Shown here one piece after another: positions 53,918 to 64,000 of a stretch of 64,000 nt of DNA (positions are counted from its first letter, which is position 1; every line of letters begins with the position of its first letter). The DNA is from an uncultured Bacteriovoracaceae bacterium (lineage in GTDB: Bacteria > Bdellovibrionota > Bacteriovoracia > Bacteriovoracales > Bacteriovoracaceae). A program made the position numbers and the translations under genes. The DNA lies in assembly GCA_964012805.1 (NCBI GenBank), contig CAXGUD010000001.1, forward strand, positions 64,001-128,000. Direction: 5' to 3'. Under the pieces are notes generated by a model that did not search any database, was not told the DNA's origin, and saw only the letters and a list, made by a program, of their open reading frames with translations.

Positions 53918-54778
53918 TCACTGGCCCTCTGAGCCGCCTTCTTGATCACCATCTTCATCTTCCTCTACATCTTTCAACTCCCTCTTAGTAGTTGTAATAG
54001 ATCGGATTTCTGTTCGGTCATCTTCGGTAAGGCCTTGGAAGCTAACTTCGACTGCATGAAGGTCAGGTCCAAGCTTTTCAGAAAAAATAACGCTTCCCTT
54101 CATAGTGACCGGCACCTTAAACAAAGAGTTCAATTTATGCGAATCAAGAGTTATCTCAGTCCCATCGGGAATAAAAAAAGACGCTTCAAGCTTTGAGTGA
54201 ACCTCTGATAACTCAATCATTTTACTCGGCTTTTCTTTGGCAAACTCTGCTATGGTGATTTGTAAATCACAAGGCATAACTGCGAACATCTGTGCATTGT
54301 CCTGTCCCATAAGGCGGTCAATCTTTTGTAATAAGATACTTTCATCAATAGGCTTTGTAATATAATCGTGAGCACCTGCTTGTATTGCTAAATTAATCTG
54401 CTTTGGGTCAGTCTTAGCAGTACAGAAACAAATTTTAAGAGCAATATTTGGAGATGGCCCTTCATCTTCTTCAATCCCTTCGCTCCCTTTCTTTTCCTCT
54501 CCATTACCACCTTCCTCGCTAGCAGCAATTTTTTTCTCTATTTTATCCAAAAGAAATTTCATAACCTGTACACCATTCATAACAGGCATCATCACATCGA
54601 GGATTATGAGCTTTAAATCAGGGTGTTGATCAACCATTTCGAGGGCCTGCATTCCATCACTAGCCAAAACCACTTCATATTCAGCTTTTCTTAGCTTAAG
54701 AGAGAGCAGCATCCTTATATCTTCACTATCATCAACAACAAGAATTTTACCTTTCGATTTTTTCTCATCTTCTGCCAT
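53918..54778 (-). CDS. Response regulator: receiver + PilZ-like C-terminal domain
   Basis: VVDDS, LDVMMP, CTAK, ITKP; C-terminal ELSE...G.VIFS...VEVSFQGL. Confidence 0.82.
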   Translation of the reverse strand: MAEDEKKSKGKILVVDDSEDIRMLLSLKLRKAEYEVVLASDGMQALEMVDQHPDLKLIILDVMMPVMNGVQVMKFLLDKIEKKIAASEEGGNGEEKKGSEGIEEDEGPSPNIALKICFCTAKTDPKQINLAIQAGAHDYITKPIDESILLQKIDRLMGQDNAQMFAVMPCDLQITIAEFAKEKPSKMIELSEVHSKLEASFFIPDGTEITLDSHKLNSLFKVPVTMKGSVIFSEKLGPDLHAVEVSFQGLTEDDRTEIRSITTTKRELKDVEEDEDGDQEGGSEGQ

Positions 54779-55105
54779 TTTTTTTCCCGTTTTTTATATG
54801 TGTTTCCCGATTTTCTCATGAATAAGTGGTTGTATAAATTAAAAATAGTTAGGAAATATTTTTATTGTTATCAGAAAGCATTCTAATAAAAAAATTATAG
54901 TAAAAATAAAAAATCCTAAAATGAACGTTTCCTAAACATATATAAGCTAAAATCAACCTAACTGAATAAGTCGGTCAATCACAATCTATCGAGCATAAAT
55001 TAGGCCTTTAAAGTTGAATATTCTCACTTTTTCCAACACAAGAACCGAAAGAGTCTAACGTAATATAGACCCTAAAGATAAAACTTCAATAGGCGCTTTT
55101 AGGTA

Positions 55106-57328
55106 ATGACGATAATAAAGAAAATAAATGTTGCTCCCGGTATAACTTGGGTTGAAATACCTCAAGCTGAGATATATATCCTCTGTGGCTGTCCAGCGGA
55201 CTCCATTAAACACCTTATAAAAAATGGAATGATCCAAAACATTGAAAAAAATGGCCATTCTTTCCAAAGTGGGCCGAATGTTCTTCTTCTCTCAGATTCA
55301 TCCATTCAAGGAGGACAATTCTCAAACCTTGGAGAGTTTCCAATACTTCAAATGTTGTATAAACAGGGTATGATAATCCCAAATCACATCAACAACAAAG
55401 GTCTTAAGCCCATCCTTATAGGTACAGAGAAGCAAGTTGAGTCCCAATTAGAGTACATTTATAGAGGAAACTATGGTCTCTCATCTTTGGAAGAAATAAT
55501 GTCCACCGGAGTTGAGAAAGAATTTGCTGAAGAGATGATGAAAGTAAAGCTTCATTTTGCTTTTGGAAAAATAGTTTCACCAAAAGAGTTATTAGAAACA
55601 AAAATAATTGAAAATAAAAAAGTCGAAATTAGAAATGGCGTTTTTATAAAAAGAGATAAATATAACGAATATACAATAGAGTATAAAGGTGAAAAGGTCG
55701 AAGTTTCACTAAACCTGAATCCTGGTGAAAAGTATATAACATCCTACCACCTTGGTTTTTATAAAGTTCGAAGAGAATATTTTGCAATTATTCATTCCGG
55801 AGAAGGTGATGGATGGGATATTCACAGACCTTGTATGTCGAGTATAATTGCTTATGACCAAAAACTTTATCTCATTGATGCAGGTCCTAACATCATTGAA
55901 ACACTGAATGCTCTAGGCATAAGCGTTAGTTCAATCCATGGGATTTTTCATACACATTGCCACGATGATCATTTTTCAGGATTAACTGCTCTCCTTCAAG
56001 CTGACCATAAAATTAAATATTACGCGACTTCAACTGTTAGGGCCTCAGTAACAAAAAAGCTTTCTGCTCTTCTAGGTCGGCATGAAGACTTCATGAATAG
56101 ATATTTTGAAATTAATGACTTGAGTATAGATTTGTGGAATAACGTCAACGGAATGCAAGTTAAACCTTTTTATTCTCCCCACCCTGTTGAAACCACAAAC
56201 TTTCAATTTAGAGTTATTTCTGAAAATGGATATAAAACTTATTCACATATGGCAGATATTGCTTCTTTTAGCATCCTTGATGAATTGATTTCTAAAAAAG
56301 AAGGAGATAATGGAGTTCAACCTAAATTAATCAAACAAATTAAAAAAAATTATTTATTTGAATCAAATGTAAAAAAAATTGATATTGGTGGAGGAATGAT
56401 CCACGGAATGGCAAAAGACTTTGAAGAAGATGGTTCAAAAAAAATTATCCTCTCCCATATCAATAGAGACTTAAGTCATGAAGAAAAAGAAATCGGAGAA
56501 AGAGCATCATTTGGAATGATCGATGTTTTAATTCCTTCGAACTCAAACCCTATGTTCTCTTACGCCGAAAGATATTTAAAAAATTACTTTCCTGAGGATC
56601 TTTTCGATGACCTTAGAGATATTATCAATTGCCCCATAGTTACATTTAACGCAGGATCTATTCTCCTTAAACAAGGTGAAAAGAGTAATTATCTCTACCT
56701 GACACTTACGGGCACTGTAGAAATGATTTACTCCAAAAAAGGCATTCATAAAGCTGTTTCTGCAGGCTCTCTCATTGGTGAAATGGCTGCGCTTTTAGAT
56801 GAACCAAGGAAAAAAACCTACGTAGCTCTAGGTCATGTATGGGCCCTTAAAATTCCCGCCATTATTTACCAAAACTTTATAAAAAAACATAAGTTATTGG
56901 CCCATATACTAAAAAGAAGAACTAATAAGAATATTCTTCAAAGCTTACCAATCTTTGAAAATATGGCTTCCTCATTTATCCTTAACAATTTAAGCCAAGT
57001 CCTTTCAAGAAGACAAATTCATAAAAGCAATAATGTTCCTATTGGAGGAACACCCGAGCTTATAGTTATCATTTCAGGAAGCTTTGCTCTCTTATCTCCA
57101 AAAGGGGAAATCATTGAGAACCTTGAGCAAAGCTCCGTATGTAGAGAGGAAACCATCCTGTTTCCAAAACTCCCTATTTCTACCATAGCGGCCCTCACAG
57201 AAGGTGAATACGGAGTTCTACCTGGATTTCATATAAATGAAATCCCTTCTGTTATTTGGAAGCTTTTTGAAATTTACGAATTCAGGCAAAGTCAAATTAA
57301 AGTCAAAAAGAAAAAGAAAAGTGCATAA
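55106..57328 (+). CDS. MBL-fold metallo-hydrolase fused to cNMP-binding domain(s)
   Basis: LIDAG, HTHCHDDH, HPVET; LIGEMAALLDEPR; degenerate second cNMP domain. Confidence 0.85.
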   Translation: MTIIKKINVAPGITWVEIPQAEIYILCGCPADSIKHLIKNGMIQNIEKNGHSFQSGPNVLLLSDSSIQGGQFSNLGEFPILQMLYKQGMIIPNHINNKGLKPILIGTEKQVESQLEYIYRGNYGLSSLEEIMSTGVEKEFAEEMMKVKLHFAFGKIVSPKELLETKIIENKKVEIRNGVFIKRDKYNEYTIEYKGEKVEVSLNLNPGEKYITSYHLGFYKVRREYFAIIHSGEGDGWDIHRPCMSSIIAYDQKLYLIDAGPNIIETLNALGISVSSIHGIFHTHCHDDHFSGLTALLQADHKIKYYATSTVRASVTKKLSALLGRHEDFMNRYFEINDLSIDLWNNVNGMQVKPFYSPHPVETTNFQFRVISENGYKTYSHMADIASFSILDELISKKEGDNGVQPKLIKQIKKNYLFESNVKKIDIGGGMIHGMAKDFEEDGSKKIILSHINRDLSHEEKEIGERASFGMIDVLIPSNSNPMFSYAERYLKNYFPEDLFDDLRDIINCPIVTFNAGSILLKQGEKSNYLYLTLTGTVEMIYSKKGIHKAVSAGSLIGEMAALLDEPRKKTYVALGHVWALKIPAIIYQNFIKKHKLLAHILKRRTNKNILQSLPIFENMASSFILNNLSQVLSRRQIHKSNNVPIGGTPELIVIISGSFALLSPKGEIIENLEQSSVCREETILFPKLPISTIAALTEGEYGVLPGFHINEIPSVIWKLFEIYEFRQSQIKVKKKKKSA

Positions 57329-57339
57329 TCTTGAAAAAT

Positions 57340-58323
57340 CTAAAATTCCTCAGATTCTTTAAGTCTCTTTAGAGGATTGTCTTTTAAATCTACTACACGC
57401 AAACCATATTGATTTATAAAAAAATCCGAGTACTTACCATATTTTAAAACTACCTTTTTTAATTTATTCCTATTTATAGGACAACTTATTATTCTTTGAT
57501 GAGGAACTTGAAGTTCCTGTAGCCTTTTTTTAATTTTTTTGACCATATTTTTAGATTTAAACTGACTACAATTTATGGCCTCATCCATAGAATCATCTAA
57601 ATAATTTGACCAATCCATCTCTTTAACTAAAGTCCATTTTTTATTAATGCATTTAACATAAGGACCCAAGTTTTTTTCTGATCCTAATACATCATCCTTT
57701 TTTTGAAGGACATGATTCCAAAACCGCATCCCGTTAAAGTCTGCAGCTAAATCTGCATAGGATATAACACCTGTCGGGTATCTGCCTAAAAGGCCATATT
57801 CTTCCCTTAAACCGATCATTAGTGTCTTTCTCAAGCTTTTTCCCTTCCCATAATGAGAACTGAAATAACGATAGCCGGAGGAAAAAAAGTGCTCAAACTT
57901 ATCACTCCCCAAGTACACCTCGCCCATTCTTAAATTAGGAGAATGAACTGGCCTAAGTTTAGATAAAAAGCCAAGAACAATAGACTCATTTGGCGTAAAA
58001 TCTCTATATATTGACTTCTTTACAGAAATAAACCTTTTATCTAATGTATCCGTTTCATTAACCCATCTAACAATCTTGCCAAAAAAAGTACTATTGAAAT
58101 ATTGTTTTAAATTAAAATAAAGCTTTTTCTCATTACACTTAAGTAGCCCAATGTTTGCATTTTTTAGCCCTTTCCTAAAAAATTCGTTGGTTTTTTTATT
58201 AAAAATGTTTGTTGAATCCTGAAGCCTTCTATTAAATCGCCCTGTAAAATTATCAACTTCGGCAGACCATGATAAATCACCAATAATAAATAAAACTATA
58301 ATAAATATTTTTTTTATTGACAC
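57340..58323 (-). CDS. Secreted hypothetical protein with DKxxHF motif
   Basis: Signal peptide; GSDKFEHFF, SYADLAADFNG. Confidence 0.75.
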   Translation of the reverse strand: MSIKKIFIIVLFIIGDLSWSAEVDNFTGRFNRRLQDSTNIFNKKTNEFFRKGLKNANIGLLKCNEKKLYFNLKQYFNSTFFGKIVRWVNETDTLDKRFISVKKSIYRDFTPNESIVLGFLSKLRPVHSPNLRMGEVYLGSDKFEHFFSSGYRYFSSHYGKGKSLRKTLMIGLREEYGLLGRYPTGVISYADLAADFNGMRFWNHVLQKKDDVLGSEKNLGPYVKCINKKWTLVKEMDWSNYLDDSMDEAINCSQFKSKNMVKKIKKRLQELQVPHQRIISCPINRNKLKKVVLKYGKYSDFFINQYGLRVVDLKDNPLKRLKESEEF

Positions 58324-58342
58324 TTCTTGTCCTTAATAAAAT

Positions 58343-60346
58343 CTACCTAAAGATAGGTAAATCTATTGTGATTGTTACCCCTTTTCCTTCCTTACTTTCT
58401 GCTATTATATTTCCGCCAATTTTTTGAACCTCCATTTTTACGACATCCATTCCAACACCTCGGCCACTTACCTTTGTGGTCGTCTCTTTAGAAGAAAAGC
58501 CAGGTTGAAAAATATAGTTTCCAATCTGATAGTCACTTAAATTTAAAGAGTCTTCTTCGGATACAAAACCTTTTTTTACTGCAACTTTCCTTATTTTCTC
58601 TAGTTCCAACCCTCTCCCATCATCCTTAATAGTAATTCTAAAACGTCCCCCGCTATGTGTTTCCAAGAAGCTTACATTAACGTTTGCCAATTTTTCTTTA
58701 CCTTTTAAGAACCTATCTTGGGGGGTCTCTATACCGTGGTCAACGGCATTACGAAAAATATGAATGAAAGAAGAGAACACCTCATTGTATTTTTCTGGGT
58801 TAATTAAAATATTGGTCTTCCCTATTTCTAACTTGGCTTTTTTATCCTGTGTTGTAGCAAGTTCATTGAAAGGCTCTTCAAAAACGTTAAAGAAATCAGC
58901 AACGTTCTTAAGAACAAAACGCTTATGAAATGTGTTGACAAAAGAAACGACTTCCTTCTTTAATTCAACAGTTTCTTTAAAGTCTTCTGTAACTTGAATA
59001 TTAGAATTAACTAATTCAATTATTTTCCTATTCTCCTTTAAAAAAAATCGAACCTCTCGATTAATATTCTCCAAAAGAAATGTTAATTCCCTGGTTTCTT
59101 TTCTAATTTTTTTTCCCTTTTCCTTTTCTCTATTTAGATTTGTTTCTAATTCATGTATTTGCTTAACAACCTCATCAATCTTATAAATGGCAAACCTTGC
59201 CTTTAGTGTATGGAAGTCACGGTACATATCCTCAATTTCCATTCCTTCTAGAGATACATCTATGTAATTGGCAAGCTTATCTTCTGCATCAGTAATCAAA
59301 TCTAAAAATGCCATGGGCTTATCAATGATTTTTAAGATAGAAAAAAGCTTGGATTTTTCCTTTAAAGCCTTTTTCTTAAGAAAAACTTTTCCCTTAATGT
59401 CAGTAGCTATACAAATAATTTTATCTATTACTTTTTTTTCATTATTTTTGTACAAAGGCCTAAAATCTAAAGAAACCATACTCCCTTCAATTTTTGAAAA
59501 AGTTTTCGGCGCGAGGTCTAGAATATCATTGAATGAAATCTTCGCTCTATAAACATGATCCATCCATCGTTCAAAATTTTTGTTTTCATTTTCATCAAAC
59601 TTCAATACTTCACTAATTTTTTTTCCTTTTGGGTTCATACCAAATATTTTTTCGGTTACCGTAGTTATTTCGCCACAAACAATACTTTTTTGGTTAATAA
59701 TTAAAAAGCCATGATCAACATTAGATAAAATAACCTTTAAATCTTTATTTTGAATTTGGACTTCATTTGTCATAGTCTTTACAAGTTCTTGAAGTCTGTT
59801 AGTCATATCTTCTGAATTTTTTATCTTTTCTTTAAGGTCGCCTTTTATTTTGTTTAAATAAAAATTTAAAAATGGAAAAGTAAATAAAACGGACAAAATT
59901 ATTAAGATTGAAGCCTTATCGATTTTACCTTGCTCCCCTCCCTGAAACAATAGTATCCCTCCCCCAAAAACAAGAAGATAAATACTAAATAAGTTGTAAT
60001 CTCTTGTTTTTAAAAAAGTCGTTCCTACCAGCAAGATGATAGAATAGACCATTGTAAATATAGAAATTTTCATCTCTGCAGTTGCACCTAAAATAGGTAT
60101 GAGTACTGAATAAGTAGAAATTACAAAATAGAGAAGTATTACCTTATAAGAGATTGATGGCCTAAATTGAATTAAGGTTATAAAGCCGCTTAAAATACAA
60201 AGGGGTACAATAAACCAAAAATAGCTTAATGCCTTAAACTTTAAAACTTCACTTGCTATAAGGTTAATAAAAATTGCGAAAAGAAAAGCAGCCATTGTCA
60301 ATGCAATTGGCCACACCTTCTTATTTTTTGCTTTCAGGTCGTCCAT
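58343..60346 (-). CDS. Membrane-bound CheA-like kinase (TMs-PAS-like-Hpt-HATPase, no CheW domain)
   Basis: RDFHTLK, HIFRNAVDHGIE, DDGRGL, SGRGVGMDVV. Confidence 0.87.
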   Translation of the reverse strand: MDDLKAKNKKVWPIALTMAAFLFAIFINLIASEVLKFKALSYFWFIVPLCILSGFITLIQFRPSISYKVILLYFVISTYSVLIPILGATAEMKISIFTMVYSIILLVGTTFLKTRDYNLFSIYLLVFGGGILLFQGGEQGKIDKASILIILSVLFTFPFLNFYLNKIKGDLKEKIKNSEDMTNRLQELVKTMTNEVQIQNKDLKVILSNVDHGFLIINQKSIVCGEITTVTEKIFGMNPKGKKISEVLKFDENENKNFERWMDHVYRAKISFNDILDLAPKTFSKIEGSMVSLDFRPLYKNNEKKVIDKIICIATDIKGKVFLKKKALKEKSKLFSILKIIDKPMAFLDLITDAEDKLANYIDVSLEGMEIEDMYRDFHTLKARFAIYKIDEVVKQIHELETNLNREKEKGKKIRKETRELTFLLENINREVRFFLKENRKIIELVNSNIQVTEDFKETVELKKEVVSFVNTFHKRFVLKNVADFFNVFEEPFNELATTQDKKAKLEIGKTNILINPEKYNEVFSSFIHIFRNAVDHGIETPQDRFLKGKEKLANVNVSFLETHSGGRFRITIKDDGRGLELEKIRKVAVKKGFVSEEDSLNLSDYQIGNYIFQPGFSSKETTTKVSGRGVGMDVVKMEVQKIGGNIIAESKEGKGVTITIDLPIFR

Positions 60347-60601
60347 AAACTAAATCTACTGTAAACCGCTTTTATACATCAAAATACCGTTCACATATTT
60401 TACAGGAATATCAGACAGAAACCTTAAATTTTAGAGGCTAAACTAGAAATAAAGGATTAGATTAAACTTTTATTCAATGAATATTTTTAATGACCTTTCC
60501 CATTAAATATTATTTTCCAAAATAGAATTCATTTTTAATATAATTTTTGTTTTAAATATTTTTTTGTCTTAATCATCTTTTGGTAAAAGGTGGTTAAGGT
60601 A

Positions 60602-61489
60602 TCATCTATTTTTTTCAAAAAAGTTAGGACCAATGATACCTAAAACCACCAAACTAAGTCCTATAACTGAAGTTAATTGAATTCCCTCTCCCGCAATCAT
60701 TGAAATGAAAATGAGAGAAATAAAAGGAGTTATAAATATTAATCTACCAACTTGAGAAGTATTAAAACTAAACTTTAAAGCTTTAAGCCAGAGAATAAAA
60801 GTGAGCCCCATTTCAAAAGTGCCAATATAAAGAGTTCCTATTAAGCCTTTTAGATCGAAGGTAAAAGGTAAATTATTTACCTTTACAGCAATCCCTGCAT
60901 ACAATGCACCCCAGAAAAAATTCTGACAAAGCTTAACCCTATCATTCCTAGAGTCTTTCATATTAAGAATCCAATAAAGGGCCCAAACAAATGAACTTAT
61001 TAAAGCTAGAATAATCCCAAAAAACTCTTTAGGATTTAAAGCCCAAGGCGAGTTCCAAACATTGGCAATAATTAAAACCCCTAAAAAGCTAATGAACATT
61101 CCAAATAGTACTAAACGGGATGGCCTTTGTTTTAATAGAGGAATAGATAATAATGTCAAGGCAAGAGGCCAAGTATAATTTAGGGCCATGGCCTTTTGGG
61201 CCGATAAAAGAGAATAAGCTTTAAAAAGAATAAAGTAATAGAGAAAAGGATTTAAAAATCCTAAAAGGGCAGAGAAAAAGAAGGCCTTCATATCAAACTT
61301 CTTTTCAAAAACATTACCGTTGATAAAAAGAAGAGAAAAACCAAATATAAAAAAAGATACGACTGCTGTATAAAATAAAAGAGGAATATAATTTAAAGAG
61401 CGGAGAGTTATCTTAAAAGCTGAAGCAGAAGTCGACCAAAAGATAATAGAAGAAAAAGCGCAGAGGTAAGCCATCTTTTCTTTTTTCAC
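60602..61489 (-). CDS. DMT/EamA family transporter
   Basis: 10 TMs; LGFLNPFLYY, LNYTWP, FEMGLTFILW. Confidence 0.9.
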   Translation of the reverse strand: MKKEKMAYLCAFSSIIFWSTSASAFKITLRSLNYIPLLFYTAVVSFFIFGFSLLFINGNVFEKKFDMKAFFFSALLGFLNPFLYYFILFKAYSLLSAQKAMALNYTWPLALTLLSIPLLKQRPSRLVLFGMFISFLGVLIIANVWNSPWALNPKEFFGIILALISSFVWALYWILNMKDSRNDRVKLCQNFFWGALYAGIAVKVNNLPFTFDLKGLIGTLYIGTFEMGLTFILWLKALKFSFNTSQVGRLIFITPFISLIFISMIAGEGIQLTSVIGLSLVVLGIIGPNFFEKNR

Positions 61490-61522
61490 AAGCTTTTCCC
61501 CATAATTTCTAATATATAACCC

Positions 61523-62581
61523 TTAAAACTTTCCCTTCTTTGGAATGCCGCTACCCTTTACAAACGCAAACATGGCATTTTTGTAATTTCTATACTGACT
61601 TTCGGCCAATTCTGGAAAGTCCTTTTTAGCCATGCTCTGATCGTACTTACATTTGGAGTATGTGTAGGGCAACAATTCTTTAGGAAGCCCAACCTTATCC
61701 ATAATGAGATTATTGGCCTTAGTTTTTGGTAACGGAACGACATTAACTGAAAACCCAAACTCATCGAAGGAGTCTTGAACAAATTGACCCACAGTTGGAC
61801 ATCCCTTACTCACAACGTGGTAACAACGAAGATCTAAAGACTTGCTGGGGTTTAAAACCCCTTCAGAGACAAATTTTGCTGCGTGGTCAACAGGTATCAT
61901 TGGAATAATGGAAGACTTCTCAAAAGGAACGGGTAAGTATTTTAAAGTATTTAAAAGCAGTTTCTTTCTCTGAAGTTTATTTAGCAGACCAAAAAAATAG
62001 TAAGGGCCATCTTTTTGGGGAGTCATTCCCTGCATAGAGTCACCCACCAAAACACCTAAACGGTAAATTCTTTTGGCCACTGTAGGACAAACCCAATCTC
62101 TAACACAAAGTTCCGCATCAAACCTAGTTTGCGCATAGTTGTTAGAAAACTTCTGACCTATATCAAGAACATCTTCCTTTAGTTCTCCCTTAAAGTCTCC
62201 ACTCACTGCAATTGAGCTGATGTAATGGAAAAACCTTAGTTTTTTCATTTGCCTTGCTAGCTGAATAATATTCCTTGTCCCACCAACATTTTTATTGAAA
62301 CACTTTTCGTAATTTCCCTTTAAGTTTGAGTAACAAGCGGCATGAATAATTGATGTTGTCTCAGAAAAAAGTTTTTTATGGTTTCTATCGCTTTCAACCA
62401 CTTTTGGATTCAAAATATCGCCCAAAATTAAGTGAACTTTGGGGTTATTTTTATAAATACTTTCCGCTTTTTGATAACTTTCCTTTCTAACAAGAAGAAA
62501 AATATCGCGGTTACTTGGGAGCAGGTTTGCAACAAGATATCTACCTAAAAAACCCGTTCCCCCTGTAATCAGTAAAGCCAA
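61523..62581 (-). CDS. Extended SDR (NAD_binding_4 / thioester reductase-like)
   Basis: ITGGTGFLG, NVGGT, YISSIAV, YAQTR (YxxxK variant); TTG 62581 follows GAGGAG. Confidence 0.85.
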   Translation of the reverse strand: MALLITGGTGFLGRYLVANLLPSNRDIFLLVRKESYQKAESIYKNNPKVHLILGDILNPKVVESDRNHKKLFSETTSIIHAACYSNLKGNYEKCFNKNVGGTRNIIQLARQMKKLRFFHYISSIAVSGDFKGELKEDVLDIGQKFSNNYAQTRFDAELCVRDWVCPTVAKRIYRLGVLVGDSMQGMTPQKDGPYYFFGLLNKLQRKKLLLNTLKYLPVPFEKSSIIPMIPVDHAAKFVSEGVLNPSKSLDLRCYHVVSKGCPTVGQFVQDSFDEFGFSVNVVPLPKTKANNLIMDKVGLPKELLPYTYSKCKYDQSMAKKDFPELAESQYRNYKNAMFAFVKGSGIPKKGKF

Positions 62582-62756
62582 AAAATACTCCTCGAAGGGT
62601 ACCCAACTTTTAATTGAATCAATCCACCTCGGAAGCATTAAACAATTTTTAATCTCATGTGTCTAGTTATTGATCACCTTGATATTTTTTTATTACGCCA
62701 GTATAAACTTATATGCTTATTTTTTAATTTATAGCGCTTTATATGGAAGTCTTTTT

Positions 62757-63464
62757 ATGAATGATCTTGTAGATAATAATTTTTGGTTTGATTGCTGGCA
62801 AAATAATAAACTTGGCTTTAATCAAGAAACTCCAAATGCCACATTAGTTAAGTTTTTTACAACATTTTCTATACCTGAAAAAAGTCGAGCTTTTGTTCCT
62901 TTGTGTGGAAAAAGCATCGACATGATTTGGCTCCTAAATCAAAAAATTGAAGTCTTAGGCGTAGAGTTGAGCCCCTTGGCCATTCAAGCCTTTTTTGACG
63001 AAAATAAGCTCTCCTACAGTAGAACAAACCTCGGCCCTTTTAAATTATGGGAAGCAAATGACCAACCCATTACGATCCTTGAAGGTGATATTTTTTTATT
63101 AGAACCAGTTTTACTTGAAAAGCTCAAGCCAATAAACAAATGGCCCTTTGACTTTGTTTATGACCGGGCCTCACTTATAGCCCTTCCTCCCAAGTCCAGA
63201 GAAAAATATTATAACCTCTATAAAAGCTTAATGAGTGATAAATCAAAGGCCCTCATCCTAACAATAGAGTATGAAAGTAATAGTTTCGAAGGTCCTCCTT
63301 TTTCGGTCCCTGAAAAAGAAGTTTTCAACTCTCTTGAAAACGTTTTTAAAATTGAAATTTTAGGATATGAAAAAGTTAAGCCCCTTTCTACTAGATTTTT
63401 AGAAAGTGGTCTTGAAGAAATTGGCCAAAAAGCCTATAAAGTTGAAAAAAGAGATCGAAGCTAA
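62757..63464 (+). CDS. tpm: Thiopurine S-methyltransferase family
   Basis: FVPLCGKSIDM, GVELS, YDRASLIALP, GPPFSV. Confidence 0.9.
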   Translation: MNDLVDNNFWFDCWQNNKLGFNQETPNATLVKFFTTFSIPEKSRAFVPLCGKSIDMIWLLNQKIEVLGVELSPLAIQAFFDENKLSYSRTNLGPFKLWEANDQPITILEGDIFLLEPVLLEKLKPINKWPFDFVYDRASLIALPPKSREKYYNLYKSLMSDKSKALILTIEYESNSFEGPPFSVPEKEVFNSLENVFKIEILGYEKVKPLSTRFLESGLEEIGQKAYKVEKRDRS

Positions 63465-63506
63465 AAGGTTTTATTAATCACCGGCCCTAAGCCTAAAAAG
63501 TAAAGT

Positions 63507-64000
63507 ATGCTCGAATTAAAAAAGAGAAAAACTATTTTTTTAACACGAAAAATACCAGAAATTGCTTTCAGGCTTCTTCGTGAAGAAGGTCATATTATTG
63601 AACTATGGGATGGAACAAGTCCTCCGACACCCGGAGAGTTAATTCAAAAATGCCAAGAAGCAGATGCTCTTCTTTCAATGCTTAGTGACAGGTTAGATGA
63701 AAATTTCTTTAAAAAATGCTCCCACTTAAAAGTTATCGCGAACTATGCGGTCGGAGTTAACAATATCGATTTAAAGGCGGCTGCCAGATATAATATTCCC
63801 GTTGGAAATACCCCAGATGTCCTTACGGAAGCTACAAGTGACCTTGCTTTAGGGCTCATTTTAACTTTGGCAAGAAACATTTTTCCGGCCATTCAAAATG
63901 CAAAACAAGGTGAGTGGAAAAAGTGGGAACCTCTAGGTTTTTTAGGTATGGAACTCAAAGGAAAAACCCTTGGAATAATAGGCTTGGGAAGAATTGGACA
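63507..64000 (+). CDS. D-2-hydroxyacid dehydrogenase (glyoxylate reductase-like), truncated by the window end; absent from the ORF track
   Basis: Own translation: ...KVIANYAVGVNNID...GNTPDVLTEATSDL...GKTLGIIGLGRIG. Confidence 0.92.
   Translation, partial: MLELKKRKTIFLTRKIPEIAFRLLREEGHIIELWDGTSPPTPGELIQKCQEADALLSMLSDRLDENFFKKCSHLKVIANYAVGVNNIDLKAAARYNIPVGNTPDVLTEATSDLALGLILTLARNIFPAIQNAKQGEWKKWEPLGFLGMELKGKTLGIIGLGRIG

Overview
AT-rich bacterial chromosomal window, densely coding, with no rRNA, tRNA, CRISPR array or mobile element recognised. The gene content suggests a Bdellovibrionota (Bacteriovoracaceae-like) predator (inference): many secreted or lipoprotein hydrolases, 7TM-DISM sensors, a CheW-less CheA-like kinase and monomeric Icd. 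The main points of interest are: (i) an incomplete aryl-polyene-like lipid locus (ApeR-like KS, ACP, CrtI/RetSat-like flavoprotein, acyltransferase, MMPL, desaturase, hotdog protein) at about 23-32.7 kb; (ii) directly next to it, a divergent pair of 7TM-DISM receptors, one a degenerate kinase/pseudo-receiver and the other an intact kinase-receiver-adenylate cyclase, followed by a stand-alone cNMP-binding protein, with an MBL-fold/cNMP protein further on; (iii) a small secreted protein resembling the N-terminal domain of plant extra-large G proteins; (iv) a Fur/Mur-box-like palindrome in front of a secreted protease; (v) an amber-interrupted ORF, a missed small RHH-like gene and marked GGCC over-representation. 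All family assignments come from reading motifs by eye, not from database searches.
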